Shown here in pieces: positions 1 to 14,454 of a stretch of DNA of 64,000 bases. The DNA comes from Camelus ferus (taxonomy: Eukaryota): assembly GCF_009834535.1 (NCBI RefSeq), contig NC_045696.1, forward strand, positions 75,890,001 through 75,954,000. Direction: 5' to 3'. A program made the translations under genes and the position numbers. The first letter of the stretch is position 1. Each line of letters opens with the position of its first letter. The notes below the pieces were generated by a model. It saw nothing but the letters and a program-made list of their open reading frames with translations, was not told where the DNA came from and made no database searches.

Positions 1-99
1 CGGGTCTTGATCAACTATACAATAAAAACATGCCTTATTTTGAAACTTTAGAAACTTTCCCACTAACGTCAAGGACAAAACTGCAGGGCTGATTGTCAC

Positions 100-1345
100 T
101 ACTATGCTACATCTCACTAGAATATTTGACAGAAGGAGATGGAGGAGCAGGAGAAAGACAACACAAATAAGAAATCAAAGGAGGGAAACAGAAAATATGA
201 ATATCCATGAAAATAAGATTATCAACTTAGAAAATCAGTAGGAACCTAGAAGGAATTATTAGAACCAGTTAAAACATTTTCCAGCATTGTTGAGTACAAG
301 ATGAACATAAAAATTAAATAACATTCCTATATACCAGCAATAATCATTTAGAAAATGAAACTTTAAAAGTTATTTGACTTATATAAGCAAAAAAAAAAAA
401 AAAAAAACCCTGTAAGATATCGAGAAATAAGTCTACCAAAAGGTGTAAGACCTTTGGGGAGAGTATTCTTAAACTTTTGAAGGTCATAAAATAGACCTGA
501 GTAAATGGAAAATGTATAAAATTCATGGATGGATGGAGAAGCTCATTATCATAATGATACTAATTTCCACACATTATCTATTAATTCAGTTCTATTTACT
601 GAATTAAAATTAAGATTTAATTCTTTTTTCCAACTGTTTATTTATAATACTATGCTTTAAGTTACATGGAAAAGACAACCATGTAGTTTTGCCCAACTTC
701 AGGAAAAGCTTCTAATCAATACCAACTGTAAGGTGACAAATAGAAATGGTGACCTGTTTGGGTTAAGACTAACAAAAATTCCTATAGGACATTTTAATAG
801 TATGTGACAAAATGGTCTAAAATTCAAAGAGAAACATAAAGGTTCTGGAAGAATCAAAAAAGTTTTGAAAAACAATATGAGGAGGGGCTTGCCCTACAAT
901 ATTAAAACATTATAAAACTATGATGACTGAAACAGAGTTTTATTGGCATGAGGATAGACAAATAGACAGATAAAATTGAGAAAAGTTTCTAGAAACAGGC
1001 CTACACACATAGGAACTTGTTGTAATACAGAAAAATTTAGTTGGAGAAAAGTTGGATAATTGCAGAAAAAAAAATCAAACATCCATATGCCAAAAAGAAA
1101 CAACAAAAACGACCTGGACCCGTATTTCACACCCTATATAAAAGTTAAGGAAAAATGAATCACAGACATAAATGTAAAAGAAAAATAACAATAAAGTTTC
1201 TATAACAGTAGAAAATCTTTGAAGCATTGAAAGAAAGAGGGAAGGAGGGAGGGAGGAAGAAAAAGAGTTTATCAAAATTAAAAACTATTGATCTACTAAG
1301 ATTCTATTGAGAGAATGAGAAAATAAGCCACAGACGGTGGGGAGA
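100..1345 (+). mobile_element. Old LINE-1 (L1M) ORF2 C-terminal fragments
   Basis: A-rich sense strand with L1 ORF2-like segments (attcctatataccagcaataatcatttagaaaatgaaa; ggcttgccctacaatattaaaacattataaaacta; tatttcacaccctatataaaagttaa). No open frame. Confidence 0.8.
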
Positions 1346-1349
1346 AAAA

Positions 1350-1637
1350 AAGACCATTTCTGCCCAGTCAGGGAATCTTCTAATGAGACTTTTCTGGCAC
1401 TCCATACTGAGTTGGCCAAGACTTTGTCAGATGCATCACAGTCTGAGATTCTCCCTGCACAATTATGTTGCCTTCCTTCTTTAACTTTCACAAGTTTCAG
1501 ATCCATATCATGATCTGAATACTTCCCCTGCCCAATTCTACTTCCTTCCCTTTATCTTCAGAGGCTTATGCACCAAAAATCCCCTTGCTCTCTTCACTCT
1601 GTCTCATCATCTACTTTCTAGAGGATATAAACTAACA
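1350..1637 (+). mobile_element. LTR16-like (ERVL) LTR, 3' portion
   Basis: gccaagactttgtcag...cctgcccaattctacttccttccc...ctctgtctcatcatctactttctagaggatataaactaaca resembles the LTR16 3' end and terminates in CA. Confidence 0.65.
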
Positions 1638-2199
1638 CTGTAGTAAATGCTAGAAGATAATGGATCAACACAATGAGGTTTGGGTGAAAAAGTTTGGGAC
1701 ACAAGAATTTTATACACAACAAATTTGTCAAGTATAAAGTAGAAGCACATTTTATAATAGACAAGATCTAGAAAAATGTACTCCAATATACATTTTGTAC
1801 TAGACTTCTATTGTTCAGTCTGCTCAACTTTTTCCTATGCATATTTGCAATAACTAGAGTAATTTAATCCATTTTCTGGAAATAACACAACTACCTCCCC
1901 CTGTCAAACCACATGGCTGATGGAATAAGTCAATGAATTAATGAAAGCCTGACATATTTAATATTATTTTTGTGCATGTTATTGAGAATAGTCAAGGATA
2001 TCTTGAAAAATGAGATTGATAAATGAGGACTATATATTAAAATGAAATAAAAATTAAAAAGTATTGACACTCCGAAATCCACAACTATGTAAACAGATAC
2101 ATTAATATGGGAGAAAATATTTTTAAACACATGATATTGGCAAAATATATAAATAAATATAACATTAAGTGTATGAATATTATAGAAATACAGGCTATT

Positions 2200-2560
2200 T
2201 TATCTCCTACATAAATAGTGAAGGGAAAACTTTTACAATATTTATTGAGGGCAATTTGGCAATATGAAAATAAACTCCTTAATAATGCACATATTATATG
2301 GTCTAGTGCTTAATCCTGAAGTAATATCTCCAAGATATGCACCAAATTTTTTTTAAGAATGTTTATTATAGCATTTTTTATAATTTCAAAAATATGTTAA
2401 CTAAAATACATTGCTAAAATTAAGGTACTGAATGAACAAATTCTGATTTGTAAATAACGGGCTATTCCTTTGACATTTAAAAAATGTTGTGAAATTGTAT
2501 TTATGAATGAAGAAATAATGATAAAATATTAAGTGGAAAAAAGATTATAAATTATATATG
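2200..2560 (+). mobile_element. Ancient L1ME-like 3' fragment
   Basis: gagggcaatttggcaatat...aagaatgtttattatagcattttttataat matches the L1 ORF2-end/3'UTR pattern. Confidence 0.6.
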
Positions 2561-2599
2561 AGGAATTCAAACAGGTTCAGAATATTTATTGTAAATAAC

Positions 2600-2725
2600 T
2601 TTTAGAAAAGTATTTGCTTAGAAGTTTAAGTAACATAGTAAATGTCACAAATTAATGTGTGGTAGAGCAGGATTTGGACCCAGAGCTACCTGATTCAAGA
2701 GTAGGCACACTTTCAGCTATACCAA
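2600..2725 (-). mobile_element. MIR fragment
   Basis: gtttaagtaac...gtcacaaattaatgtgtggtagagcaggatttggacccag is the reverse MIR core. Confidence 0.6.
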
Positions 2726-3099
2726 AATATGTAATTTTAAAGTAATCTTAATAAAATCTTTAATATGTTAAAAATGAACAAAGTCAAAGAGCTTATAATG
2801 AAAGCAATAGTATTACATCCCACCTCACCGAACTCCAGTCTTCTACCCTGAGGTCAACTTTAAATTATTTCTATTTTTACTTCTAAGACTAATGATAATT
2901 TCAGTTAATCTCAATGGTCTTACTTATATAATCAAATACAATACCTGTTGACTCTTTAATTTGAAATATAATGACTCACCTCTCTGTACACCCATCCATC
3001 TCTCATATTTTCCAGTTTTTCATAGTTATGCTATTGTTTTGACATGTCTATTGGACAAATTGTGCCCAAAACTTAAATTTTTACTCCATCAATTGTTAG

Positions 3100-6000
3100 A
3101 AATTATCTCTGAACTCACGAATTCTTGCTGAGGATCTCCAGTGTGATGTTGCGTGAAGTGGTGAAAGCAGGGATCCTTATCTTCTCCACAGTAACAGGAA
3201 GAAAACTTTAAATGTTTACAGTTCAGTAAGAAGTTCATCATTTGTTTCTTTGCTTTTGGCAGATTCTCGGTATCATACTATGGAAGTGAACTTCTATGCC
3301 TAGTTTTGTAATGGTTTATATCATAAAATGGTTATTGAGTTTTATCAAGCTTTTTCTGTCTACTTATTTTCTTCTTTATTCTATTTGTGTGTTTAATTGT
3401 TTTTGGTTAATTTCAAATGTTAAACCAAACTTACATTCTTAAAATAAATTCAACATGGTCACAATGCCTTATCCTCTTACATATTACTAGATTTGGTCTG
3501 CTATTTCATTTGGATCTTAACATTTCTGTTCTTGGGAGGCTAATTTATAATTTTCCCTTGCTGGGACATCTTTGTCAGGTTTAATATCAAGATTGTGCTT
3601 GCCTCAAAGAGAAACTGGAAAGTGTTCCTCTTTTCCTATTCTTTCAAATATTTGCCTGTGTAAGATTTGTGATATGTTTGGTAAATTTAACAGGTGAAGC
3701 CATTTGTGACATATGGAATTTTCTTTGTGCAGTAATTTTTAATTACAAATTTCATTCCTTTAATAGATATAGGATGATCAAGATTTTCTATCTCTTCTTT
3801 TGTCAACTGTGGTAAGCAGTGTTTTTGTCTGAAATTTTAAATATATCTATTCTTTTCAAAAAATAATTTTAAAATGCTAATATGGTTGGTGGTGATGTCC
3901 CATTCTCATTCCTGGTGTTGGTCATTTGTACCCTCCCATCCTTAGTATTCGTTGGTCATTCTTGCCGGAGGTTTATCAGTTCTATTTGTGTTAACAAAGA
4001 ATCATCTATAGCCTTATCACTTTTATGTCATACATTGTGCTTTTATTTGGTTGATTTTTCCTCTGATATTTGTTCTTATCTTTATTCTACATTCTTTGAG
4101 TATAATTTGGTGGATTTTTAAAATCATTCTTATTGGGCAGTAATTTAGGACAAAAAACAAAAAAACAAAAAAACCACTGCAGCCATTAAATGCAATTGAA
4201 TGAGTTTTGGTATTGAATACACCTGTTAAATCACCACCATAATAAAGATACAATATTTTCATCAGCCACAGAAGATTTCTTGTTACTTTTTGCAACTTAC
4301 CTCTCACTTTTGTTCCCAGTTTCAAACAGTGGTCTGAATTTTCACTATAGATGTGGTTTTAATATGCATTTGCTTCATCACTAATGATGTTGAACATTTT
4401 TTCATATGTTTGTTGCCTGTTAACATTTTTCACTGAGGTTAAACAAGTATTTATTTCTCCCCATAATTCTGTCATTTTGCCTTATATATTTTGTTTCCAC
4501 TAGAGAATATATACAGATTCATAATGTTTATGTCTTCTTGATGAATCGACCCTTTTATACTATGAAATGTACCAAATATTTGGTACTGTTTGTATTGACA
4601 CTTATTTTATACGGCATTAATATAATCACTCTAACCTTACATTTACTGTTTGCATGATATATCTTTTCTATCCGTTTTCTTTTGATCTCCCTATGTCATT
4701 ACATTCAAAGTACATCTCTTGTAGCATATTCTTAGTATTTTATTGACTCCGATCATCTTTGTCTTCTAATTAAAGTGTTTACTCCATTAATATTTAACAC
4801 AATCATTGATATGATTGGAATTAAATGCATCATTTACTACTGATTTTCTGATTATAATTTCTGCTTTAGTCCTTTGTTTTCTCTCTCCTGTTACTTTCAT
4901 ATTATTTATTTTTTTAATTTACAATGTAATTATCTACTAACGTTTTGCTCTTATCTCTGCACATATTAGCTTGTTAGTTATGTATTTTTAGTATCCTGTC
5001 AGTTGTTTTCTTGGAAATGTTCACATATATTCTTGACTTATTAAACACTATATAGAAATTAGTACTGTTACAACTTTCAAAGACCTTAGAATACTGTAAC
5101 TGCTTTTACATCCTCCTCTCTAATTTTTATGTTTTATTCTTAGGTATTATACATACCCAACATTATATAGTGCTTATATTATATATAACATATTATATGT
5201 ACTACATATCCCCATTAAATTATTTTAATGAACATTTATATTTACACACATATTTGCTCCTTTTATTGCTCTTGTTTTCCTCCAGAATCTTGATTTCTCT
5301 GTGTGTGTAGCATTCCCCTTAATATTTTCTTTAACGTGGTTCTACTGCTGCTGGATTATAGCAGTATGTCTTTTGTCTTTTATTCTCTAAACGTTTATTA
5401 TTTTGTCTCATTTTGAGACAATATTTTCAATGATTACAGAATTTCAAGCCAGAGGGTTTTTATTTCATCCCACCAATACTTTGAAGACATCATTCTATTG
5501 TCCTTTGACTTTATCTTGTGTGTTCAGACTCAGCTCTCATTCTTACTGTTCTTTAAATGTAATGTATCATTTTCCTCTGGTTTTCATTACGTTTGTTTTT
5601 CAACATATGACTTTATGAGCTTAAGTGATTTGTCTTTTAATTCTGTTTAGGGTCACAGAAGTTTTTGAATCTGTGATTTGATGTCCTTGAGCAGTTTCTG
5701 GAAAATCCTCAGCCATTATCTTTTCAAATGGTTCTTTTACCCCATTCTCTCTGTCTCTTCTCCTTTGGACTCCATTTACACATAAGTTAGACATAAAAAG
5801 AAGTCATATCTGCTGTGTCTTATGCTCCATCCTTTGATGTCTCTATGCCTTAATCTGGATTTTTTCTTCTGATATTTCAGGATTATTAATTCTGTCACTA
5901 ATTTTCTTTTTTGCTATTTCTATTCTGCTGTTAAACAGATCCATTCAATTCTCAACTTCAGTCATGTTTTCCATTTTAGAATTTCCAGGTGACTCTTTTT

Positions 6001-6440
6001 TATAATTTCTGCTTATCTGCCCCTAATTCTCTACCTCTTCATTTAATTTCTTTTAATCATATTTAGTTTTTGTTTCCAGATTATTCTTCTCCAGGTCTGT
6101 TTCAAAGCTCTCATTTTAGTATCATGATTGTTTCATTGCAAGACTAGTTCCTTTATTTCATAACATTTCTTTCTTGGTTTTATCCCATTTTTCCTATGTA
6201 GATTCTCAAATAATTTTCTCAGAAAAGGTGAACACAAAGTAAAATTTATGAACGCTTTACATGTCCAAAAATATCTCTTTTACTCTCACCCTTGATCAGT
6301 ATTTCAATTGAGTCTAAAAAATTGTGTTTAAAAACGTTTTCCACATGAGTGAATTGTTTTATTTATTAATATCCAATGTTGCTAATAGTAAGTATGAAAC
6401 TAGTTTGTTTCTTTGTTTTTTTTTCATTTATAGGTGAATT
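3100..6440 (-). mobile_element. Long, fragmented ancient LINE-1 (L1M) with nested L1 pieces
   Basis: T-rich antisense L1 ORF2/ORF1 segments (aaagtgttcctcttttcctattc; tgaatcgacccttttatactatgaaatg; gaaaatcctcagccattatcttttcaaat). Confidence 0.8.
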
Positions 6441-9379
6441 AAGGATATGAATAGGGGGCTATGTGGAGCAGCTGTTCAAAAAGGCAAAGTCAATTAGTCC
6501 CATGTTCTCAAGCTTTTAGTCTCTCTTGCCTTTACCCAGGAAACTAGATTTCTGACTATACTGAAGTTTCACTGAGTCATATTATGATATATGGCTCTTT
6601 TTGCTTTGTTTTACCTTTCAACACGTCACCATGTCTTCAGCTGCCTTCAGTCTTCCAAAAATTTATTTATTTCTCTCCTTTCTCACTCCTTAACTCTGTT
6701 TCATGGTTCACTTCATTGTTGAAGGTTTATAGTTTTTTAAAATAGTTTTTATTTCTCTACATTGTGAGAAGGATGAAAAGTAAATGAGTATTTTACATTA
6801 ACTCTCTTGAGTCAGAACTCCACATCACTTTTAACATGAATAAATGAGCAGGTAAATGAAGGGACATTTCATTACAGCCACTTCTTGTTTCACAAATTAA
6901 TTATAATATCATCACGACACATACCAGCTTTGCTTTCAGGATTTCTGATTCTTTTTATTATGCTACTTTGTTTTTCATTTTTGGATATATAATGAATGCA
7001 AGTTAAATAAAATGATTGTGATCTGACACTTTCTATGCTTACAGTTTTTCATAATTCAGACCAGGAGCTTGTGTCTTCTAAAGAAGTTGGGATAAAAAAC
7101 ACTGGCCAGAGATTCACCAGCATAATTATAATTTTTTGAATTTCTATAAATTCTTCAATAGAGATGAATTTCAGTGCCTTTAATGATTGGCACCACAGAA
7201 CTGAAAGAACTTCAAAAACTACTGTCATCAATCTTGCATGGCAGTTCTTACCCAGACACACGCTAAAGGATTTAATGGGTTCTTACGATGTGCATACCTT
7301 GAAATTTCTGAGTTTGATTTAAAAGAGCTCACTAGGATATAATTAACTCAGAACTTAGAGCCTTGTGCATAATTTACAGGCAATTACAGTTCAAGGAAAT
7401 AATAAGCCAACTTTTCAAATTCAAACAAAAAACAATCTAGAAAAATAGAATTAATCACTGGCAATTACTGAGTTAAAATTTCTAACTTATTACCTGAAAT
7501 ACTCCCACATAATCATGCACTCAACTTTAACTGAGCTAGTAATTGTAATCATAATTAGGGATGTGCAGGCATTAAAAGCTCAGAAGACCATAAAACACAT
7601 GAAGCTACTATTAAAAAATATAACTACTTAAACTTTCCACCTACAAAGTTTGTAATTTAGTTTAAAGTCCTTAGTTGTACCTTATAAATATGAAAGTGGT
7701 GATAATTTTAAATGGTTCTCAGATAAAATATAATTTGTATAATTTTGGAAAATAGGTTTGAAAAAATCAATGGTAGGAATCCTGTTTGTTCTTTTAAGTA
7801 GTTTTAACATGTCTTCTGAGATCTCGTTTGGATATTACTTCTACATTAAAGCAACCAATATGCTAACTACAAATTCTCTGCAATGTCTCATTAATAGAGC
7901 CTAGAGTTAGCCTGTTTTTAGTTATTGCTGCACTTGAAAATAATAAAAATCATTTCAGAATTTTCATTAATTTTAAACTAACTTCTTCTCTCTGATTAGT
8001 CCAAATAAATGGAAATGTTACTATACCTATCAGTAGTTTTAAAACTGTGTCTCACCTAAATACTCATTAAGACTATGAAATGACATTTCTTCCTGTAATC
8101 CAATGATAAGGAAAATTAAAAGGTTTAAGGATAATTTGTGAAGATTTATTCATAAAGAGAGAACGTTTATTTCATTTTTAAAAACAGTCAATTCCATGAC
8201 TGCTGTAAATGGAAAAAAGCAGCATCCGTGCTTATCTCTTAGTTTCTATGCAAGTAAATCTCCAGTTCAGGTGTATCCAAAATGCTGCCACCAAGTTTGC
8301 ACATTGTTCCTTCCTTTCTTCACTTATTCTACAAACCTCCCTAGGTTGACTTCTGGAAGGTTACTTTGATTATGATAATAAGTAAACATCAAAAAAAACT
8401 AATAATGAAACTGTCCCTCCTATGTTAAAAAAAAGAAAGCCCAAACTTAAAATGAAGACATTTTAAAAAATCAGCTATTTAATATTATGATAGTACTGGG
8501 CATATTGTAGACATCAGCAAATATGTATCCAGAATGAGAATAGTAAAACCACTTCGACATAAAGAATGAGATTGACTCTTAGTTACAATGCTAAACAATA
8601 ACAATAACTATAACAACAAAAATACCCTAAAATCAATCTGTAAAGGTATGACTGAGACGATTTAGGAAACACCTAAGTCTAATAAAGAAAGATCAAGTTG
8701 TTTCCTTAGGACTTAACGATCATAGTAATTTCGATCTCAGCAGTGATCTGAAAAAGAAAACCACAAACATAAACAAGTGACCTATATACTGTCTAGCAAA
8801 AGATACACTGTCATCAAGAGGATGACTGGGTCAGAACAATCCAGGGAAGGTAATCTGTCTATTATCATTGTATCCATAAGGGGAAGATGGCTGGATCACA
8901 ATTTCCACAACTAGCCTATTGTCACTAGTTGCAAACATCATCCAACTATTCCCTTTGCTCTGATTCCATGCCTAACAAATGCATTTCCTATAATATTTTG
9001 GCTTTCTTCTAGACTTTCCTAGAAAAGAGAAGATGTGCTCATCAAAATATAAATTGTCATACATTTATAGTTAAATATCTCATTCTAAATCAATAAATTA
9101 CTATTCTTGTTTTTATAGCCATGTCTTGTGAATCTAGTTATGGAAAACCAATATCCCCAAATGAGCTCACTCAAAATCCTGGCAAAAATTTGTGTTTCTC
9201 GGCTTGCAAGGCTATGGATTTACACATAGATCATCATCTTTTAAGACCAAAGTACAGAAATCAGCTGGACTCCTTGTCAACATTTCACATATTTACATTA
9301 TCTTTTTAACTTCATAAGAATGAAATGTTATTCTACTGTGTAATTGAATGTTCACTTTTGTACTTGTGTTATTTATTAT

Positions 9380-10180
9380 TTGTTTACTTTAAAACATGTA
9401 TTGAGGAATTATACAATTGTGTCAGGCGTCATGCAAATCACTGAAACGCCAAACAGATTTTGGTACATGCAATGATAGAATTTACATTCTGTATCTAATA
9501 GTTCTCAGCTATTGGGCATGTATATGTATCAGGCACTGTTCAGAGAACTCTTGGGACTATTGTTACATTTAATTGTACAACCACTCAATGAGATAGTCTT
9601 ATTTTTTTTCTAAGATGAATAAACTGAGCTGGATAAAGTTTAAAAGCTTAAATAACTTCTCAAAATCACACAATTAGGATACAAAGTCAGAGGCAGAGTC
9701 AATTTAGTGTATGGATTCCTCTGGTAAGAGAGAAATTAATTACACAAAATATACAAATGTAAATGATAATTAGTCTGATGAAAGATAACTTAAAATGATA
9801 TATATGAGAATAGTGTGAAATAAGACCAGATATATAATCAGAGAATAAATCATGAAGGACATTTGTAAAATATTAAGGGGAAATCACTTAACGAGTTTTA
9901 GCAAAGAAGAGATTGGCTCTTTTAAAAGATCACTTTGGTTGCAAATTGTGGAGAAAAGAATTAAGAAGAGCCTGGATGGGTGTGGAGAAACCATTTATAA
10001 GGAATTTTAAGAATCCAATGTGGAAAAGACTAGAAGTCGTGGGGATGTGGAGAAATGACACTAGGACATAATGTCAACAGAACTCATGACACATCAAGGA
10101 CAATTTCTAGGAATCTGACCTGCCCAGCTGAATGGATGGTAAAGCCATCCCCTGAGACAGTAAAAGATAGAAAATAATCA
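9380..10180 (-). mobile_element. L2 fragments with a nested MIR (about 9500-9720)
   Basis: atgtattgagga...tgtcaggc; taaactgagc...ataacttctcaaaatcacacaattag; ttttaaaagatcactttggttgc. Confidence 0.6.
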
Positions 10181-10401
10181 TATCTTCTAAACTATGTTCA
10201 CAAACCCTTCATAATATCACACTTCTTAAATGTGTCAAACCATAGCCAGTTGCTTCTTCACTTTCTGAAAGTAACAGTCTCACCATAGGTTTACAGTCTT
10301 ACTGAAAGGATGTAGAGAGCTGATCTCTCAGTCTGAAACACTGTTCCCCATTTGTCTCTTCCTGAATAGTCCCCGTTTCTTTTCTTTGCCACTAGATTTT
10401 T

Positions 10402-11192
10402 CTTACTAAAAACAAAACAAACAAACAAACAAAAAAAACCTTTATTTTTTAGAACAGTTTTAGGTTCACGGTAAAATTGAGAGGCAGGTGCAGAGATTTC
10501 TCACATACTCCTTGATGGCACACATGTACAGCCTCCCCCATTATCAGCATTCCCAACCAGAATGCTACGTTTGTTATTACTGATGAATTTACATCGGCAA
10601 ATCATAATCACCTAAAGTCTGTAATTTGCATTATGGTTTACTCTTGGTGTTGTGCAGTCTATGGGCTTGGACAAATGCATAATGCACCTAACATAAAAGC
10701 ACCATAGTGGGTATTTTCACTGCCCTAAAAACCCTCTGTGCTACACCTAGTCATACCTCCCCTCACCCCTGGCAACCTCTGATCTTTTTATTGTCTCCAT
10801 AGTTTTGCTTTTTCCTGAATTTCATATAGTTGGGATCAAACAGTATGCAGTATTTTCAGATTTACTTCTTTCACTTAGTTATATGCATTTAAGTTTCCCC
10901 CATGTCTTTTCATGGTTTGATAGTTCATTTCTTTTTAGTGTTGAATGAGATTCCATTTTCTGGATGAACCACCATTTATTTATCTATTCACCTACTATAG
11001 GGCATCCTGGTTGCTTCCAAGTTTTGGCAATTATGAATAAAGCTGCTGTAAATATTCATGTACAAATTCATGCATAAGTTATCAACTCTTTTGGGTAAAT
11101 ACCAAGCAGTACAATTGCTGGATTGCATGGCAAGGGTACATTTAGATATGAAAGGGAGCACCAGATTGTCTTCCAAAGCAGCTGTACCCAAT
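10402..11192 (-). mobile_element. 5'-truncated L1MC1-like LINE-1 3' end with TSD
   Basis: ttttttagaacagttttaggttcacggtaaaattgag...agagatttctcacatactcc resembles the L1MC1 3'UTR. Direct repeat tagattttt at 10393-10401 and 11193-11201, the latter followed by aa (L1 endonuclease site). Confidence 0.85.
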
Positions 11193-11616
11193 TAGATTTT
11201 TAACTTTGTTCATATAAAGCCAATATAGCCAATATTTCTTGAAGACTTAATATTTGCACATATGGTACACTTAAGCCCAGAACATTATTCAAGATTCTAC
11301 TTAATGGCACGTCCTCCAGGAAATCCCATCTCTTAACTCTACCTTCTTTGCAGCCCCTCAAACCTTTCCTTCAACCTATTTTATAAGAATTACTTCATTT
11401 GTTTCTAATTCTAACTACTTGGTGGTATACCTGTGCTCTGATTCCAACTTTAAAGATATGTTGTATTTGTGTCTCTATTTTCCTCATGGGAAGCATAGTT
11501 TATTTTGCATACAGTAGAGGCTATGTTACTTGATAGAATTATATTGATTAGAGATAAAGTAAACACAATAACTCCTTGGTAAGTATACAGATTGCTAATT
11601 AAAAAATTCAGTTGGC

Positions 11617-12224
11617 CCCACTCCCGGGCATATATCTGGAGAAAACTCTAATTCAAAAAAAAGAATACATGCACCCCAATGTTCATTGCAGCACTATTTA
11701 AAATACTCAAGACAGGGAAACAAACTAGATGTCCACTGACAGATAAATGGATAATGATGTGGTATATATATGCAATGGAATACTACTCAGCCATCAAAGA
11801 ATGAAATAATGCCATTTGCAGCAATATGGATGGACCTAGAAATTATCATATTGAGTAAAGTCAGACAGAGAAAGACAAATATCATGTGATAAATTTATAT
11901 GTGGAATCTAAAAAATGATACAAATAAGCTTATTTACAAAACAGAAACAGACTCACAGACAGAAAACAAACTTACGGTTACCAAAGAGGAAATGGCGGCA
12001 TGGATAAATTAGGAGTTTGAGATTAGTAGACACAGATAACTATATATAAAGTAAACAACAGGTCCTACCGTATAGCACAGGGAACTATATTCAATGCACT
12101 GTAATAACCTATAATTAAAAAGAATATGAAAAGTATATATTTATAACTGAATCACTTTGCTGTACACCAGAAACTAACACAATATTGTAAATCAACTATA
12201 CTTCAATTTAAAAAAAGTTAATTA
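11617..12224 (+). mobile_element. 5'-truncated cetartiodactyl-type LINE-1 3' end (about 600 bp) with TSD
   Basis: atgcaccccaatgttcattgcagcactattt...gtcctaccgtatagcacagggaactatattcaa...aactgaatcactttgctgtacaccagaaactaacac...poly-A. TSD aaaaaattcagttggc (11601-11616) vs aaaaaattgaggtggc (12225-12240). Confidence 0.92.
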
Positions 12225-12984
12225 AAAAAATTGAGGTGGCAATGAGTTCAAATATATTAGAAATCATTACCAAGAAGTTGTAATTATACGAATTGTAATT
12301 GTAGAAATTTAAAATGTACATTTCTTTCTAAGTGCTGATGCCTTTTGTAACACGTTTTGTTTTTGAATGTTTTAAATATTTCCATAACACTGATTAAGTG
12401 GCTCCATTTTACAGTGACTCAGGGAAGCGTTCAACCAATGCAGAAAACCACACTTCAATAAGGGAGAAAAGAGCTTAATCTTCATTTCAGATCCATGCCC
12501 TACATTTTCCAGTAGCAGTAATGACTATCTTCCTGGCAGCTGTTTTCTACCATTTCATCAGTTGATCTTAAGAAATACAGTTCCTTGGAAACATAAAAAC
12601 TAAAATACATTTCCTGAAATCTATGAAAAGATGATGAAATATTAATCAAAACTAAATAATCTGTAAGAGTTGTGTCATGTGCCCGGCACTAGAACGATGA
12701 CTGGTCACTGAAAGGAATGAGCACTACATTAGGAATTCATCACTAGCCCTGAGGACTCCAGAGGGTCCTCACAGCTGATTGAAGTGGCGTGGAGGCAAAT
12801 CAGAGGAGGCTGTGAAGGACACAGTTTCTGCAGTTTTACATTGTTTGGCTATATCCAGATTCTGTTGTGAATGAAGCTGTGACACTTAGAAAAATCAGCC
12901 CATTAGTGGACATTAATCCTGAAACTAAAATGAGGGGTGGGGGGAATTGCAATAATGGAGACCATGACATTTACATAAACACCG

Positions 12985-13165
12985 CTTTCTAACTTAACTT
13001 AGGGACCTTAGGCAAGATCCCTAACCTCACTGTGCCTCCATTAATTCCTCCATAAAGTGGGAAAAGTAATAGTTCCCACCTGAGTGTTGCTGTGGGGATT
13101 AAGGTGTTAACACAGGCAAATTGCTTCGGATGCATGTTAACTATCAGTGCGTGCTGTTTTTGTTG
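12985..13165 (+). mobile_element. MIR
   Basis: gaccttaggcaagatccctaacctcactgtgcctc...taaagtgggaaaagtaatagttcccacct...ttgctgtggggattaa is the MIR core. Confidence 0.8.
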
Positions 13166-13724
13166 TGGTGGGTTGTCATTGCCCTGAGATGCTTCCAATT
13201 TAATTTAGTTGTCCCCTACAATCTCCAATCTAGGGTCCACGGAGCTATGGAGGCCAGAATGGCTCTGCTACTCCTTCAACTCATCCTCTCCCATGGCTTC
13301 TCAGTAAGTTTGAGTCCTTATGTCTCTATTTTTTACGTCTGTGCTGGGTGGCCCGTCCTTCCCATTCATCACAAAACAACCTCCCTAAGGATGTCTGTCT
13401 TCTCTTCTCTTTAACCTTTCTTCTTCCAACCCCTAGTCTCCCACCTTTTTCTCCTCACTTCCTATCACAGGGTGATGCTCACTTGGTTCCACTGAGTTCT
13501 GATCTATCTAGATAGGCCTGGAGGATGGGAGTTGAGAGGGCAGGTAAAGATCAGTTAGAAGACCTTCATTGTCAAGGTGAGTTTTCTCCTACAGTTTCCA
13601 AAAGTATCTCTGTCTCTTCCTCATCTTGATTTTACTGTCCTAGCGTCAGGGCCTGCCAGGACTCAAAGAATGGTCCTCGAAAAGGAAGGTGTTAAAGAAT
13701 AAAATACCCTCCTTCAAAAAATCA

Positions 13725-14270
13725 TAAATGATCTTGTAAAATCCAAATTAAATTAGGCCACTTCCTATTTAAAACATACTCAGAGCTTCTCATTTATTTA
13801 GGATAAAATCCAAACTCCACACCATGGCCAATCAGACCCTGCATGATCTGGCCTCTGCCTACTGTTCCCACATCATGTCTTACCAGTCTCTCCTCTTCTG
13901 AACATCACTGGCCTTCCTCAGCTTCAGGAAAGTTTAATCTCTTTGCTGCTTCCATGCATCTGCCTGAAACCATCTCCCCTCATCTCCTTCCCTGAATAAC
14001 TCCTTTGTCCTCATAAGGTTTCAGCTTGGTTGTCACTTTTGTTATAAGGCCTTTCCCTTCCTGACCTCTCCACCTAAATTAAATTTTGTGCATTGTCATA
14101 ACACCACGCATTTCACTCTGGAGCACTAGTCATCATTTATAATTATATATTTAACAGTTTAAAAGAGTTCTAATGTCTTCCTCCTCTAGTAGGCTCTTCG
14201 TGGACCAGGTCTGCCTTGCTCACTGCTGTATCCACATGGATTCAGGTGCATATTTATTAAACAAATGTTT
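13725..14270 (+). mobile_element. L2 3' region
   Basis: ggataaaatccaaactcc...ccctgcatgatctggcctctgcctac...ttgctcactgctgtatcc. Confidence 0.75.
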
Positions 14271-14319
14271 CTAAGAACTCATAGTGTGGGAAACACCTAA
14301 TGCATGGTGTTTAAAGCTG

Positions 14320-14450
14320 TGGGACCTGAGGCTTTGCTTCTCTGAGCCTCAGATTCCTCATCAGGAAAATGGAATCACATTCCTCAAAGTCTTATGACAG
14401 AATCCTATGTGAAATTCACAGCATTGGAGCAGGTGCTTACCAAACACTTA
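14320..14450 (+). mobile_element. MIR fragment
   Basis: cttctctgagcctcagattcctcatcaggaaaatgg. Confidence 0.6.
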
Positions 14451-14454
14451 GGGA

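Noticed and set aside
9118..9309. Acceptor-like ttttatag followed by an ATG ORF
   Set aside because: No recognisable peptide, no convincing donor and no partner exons.
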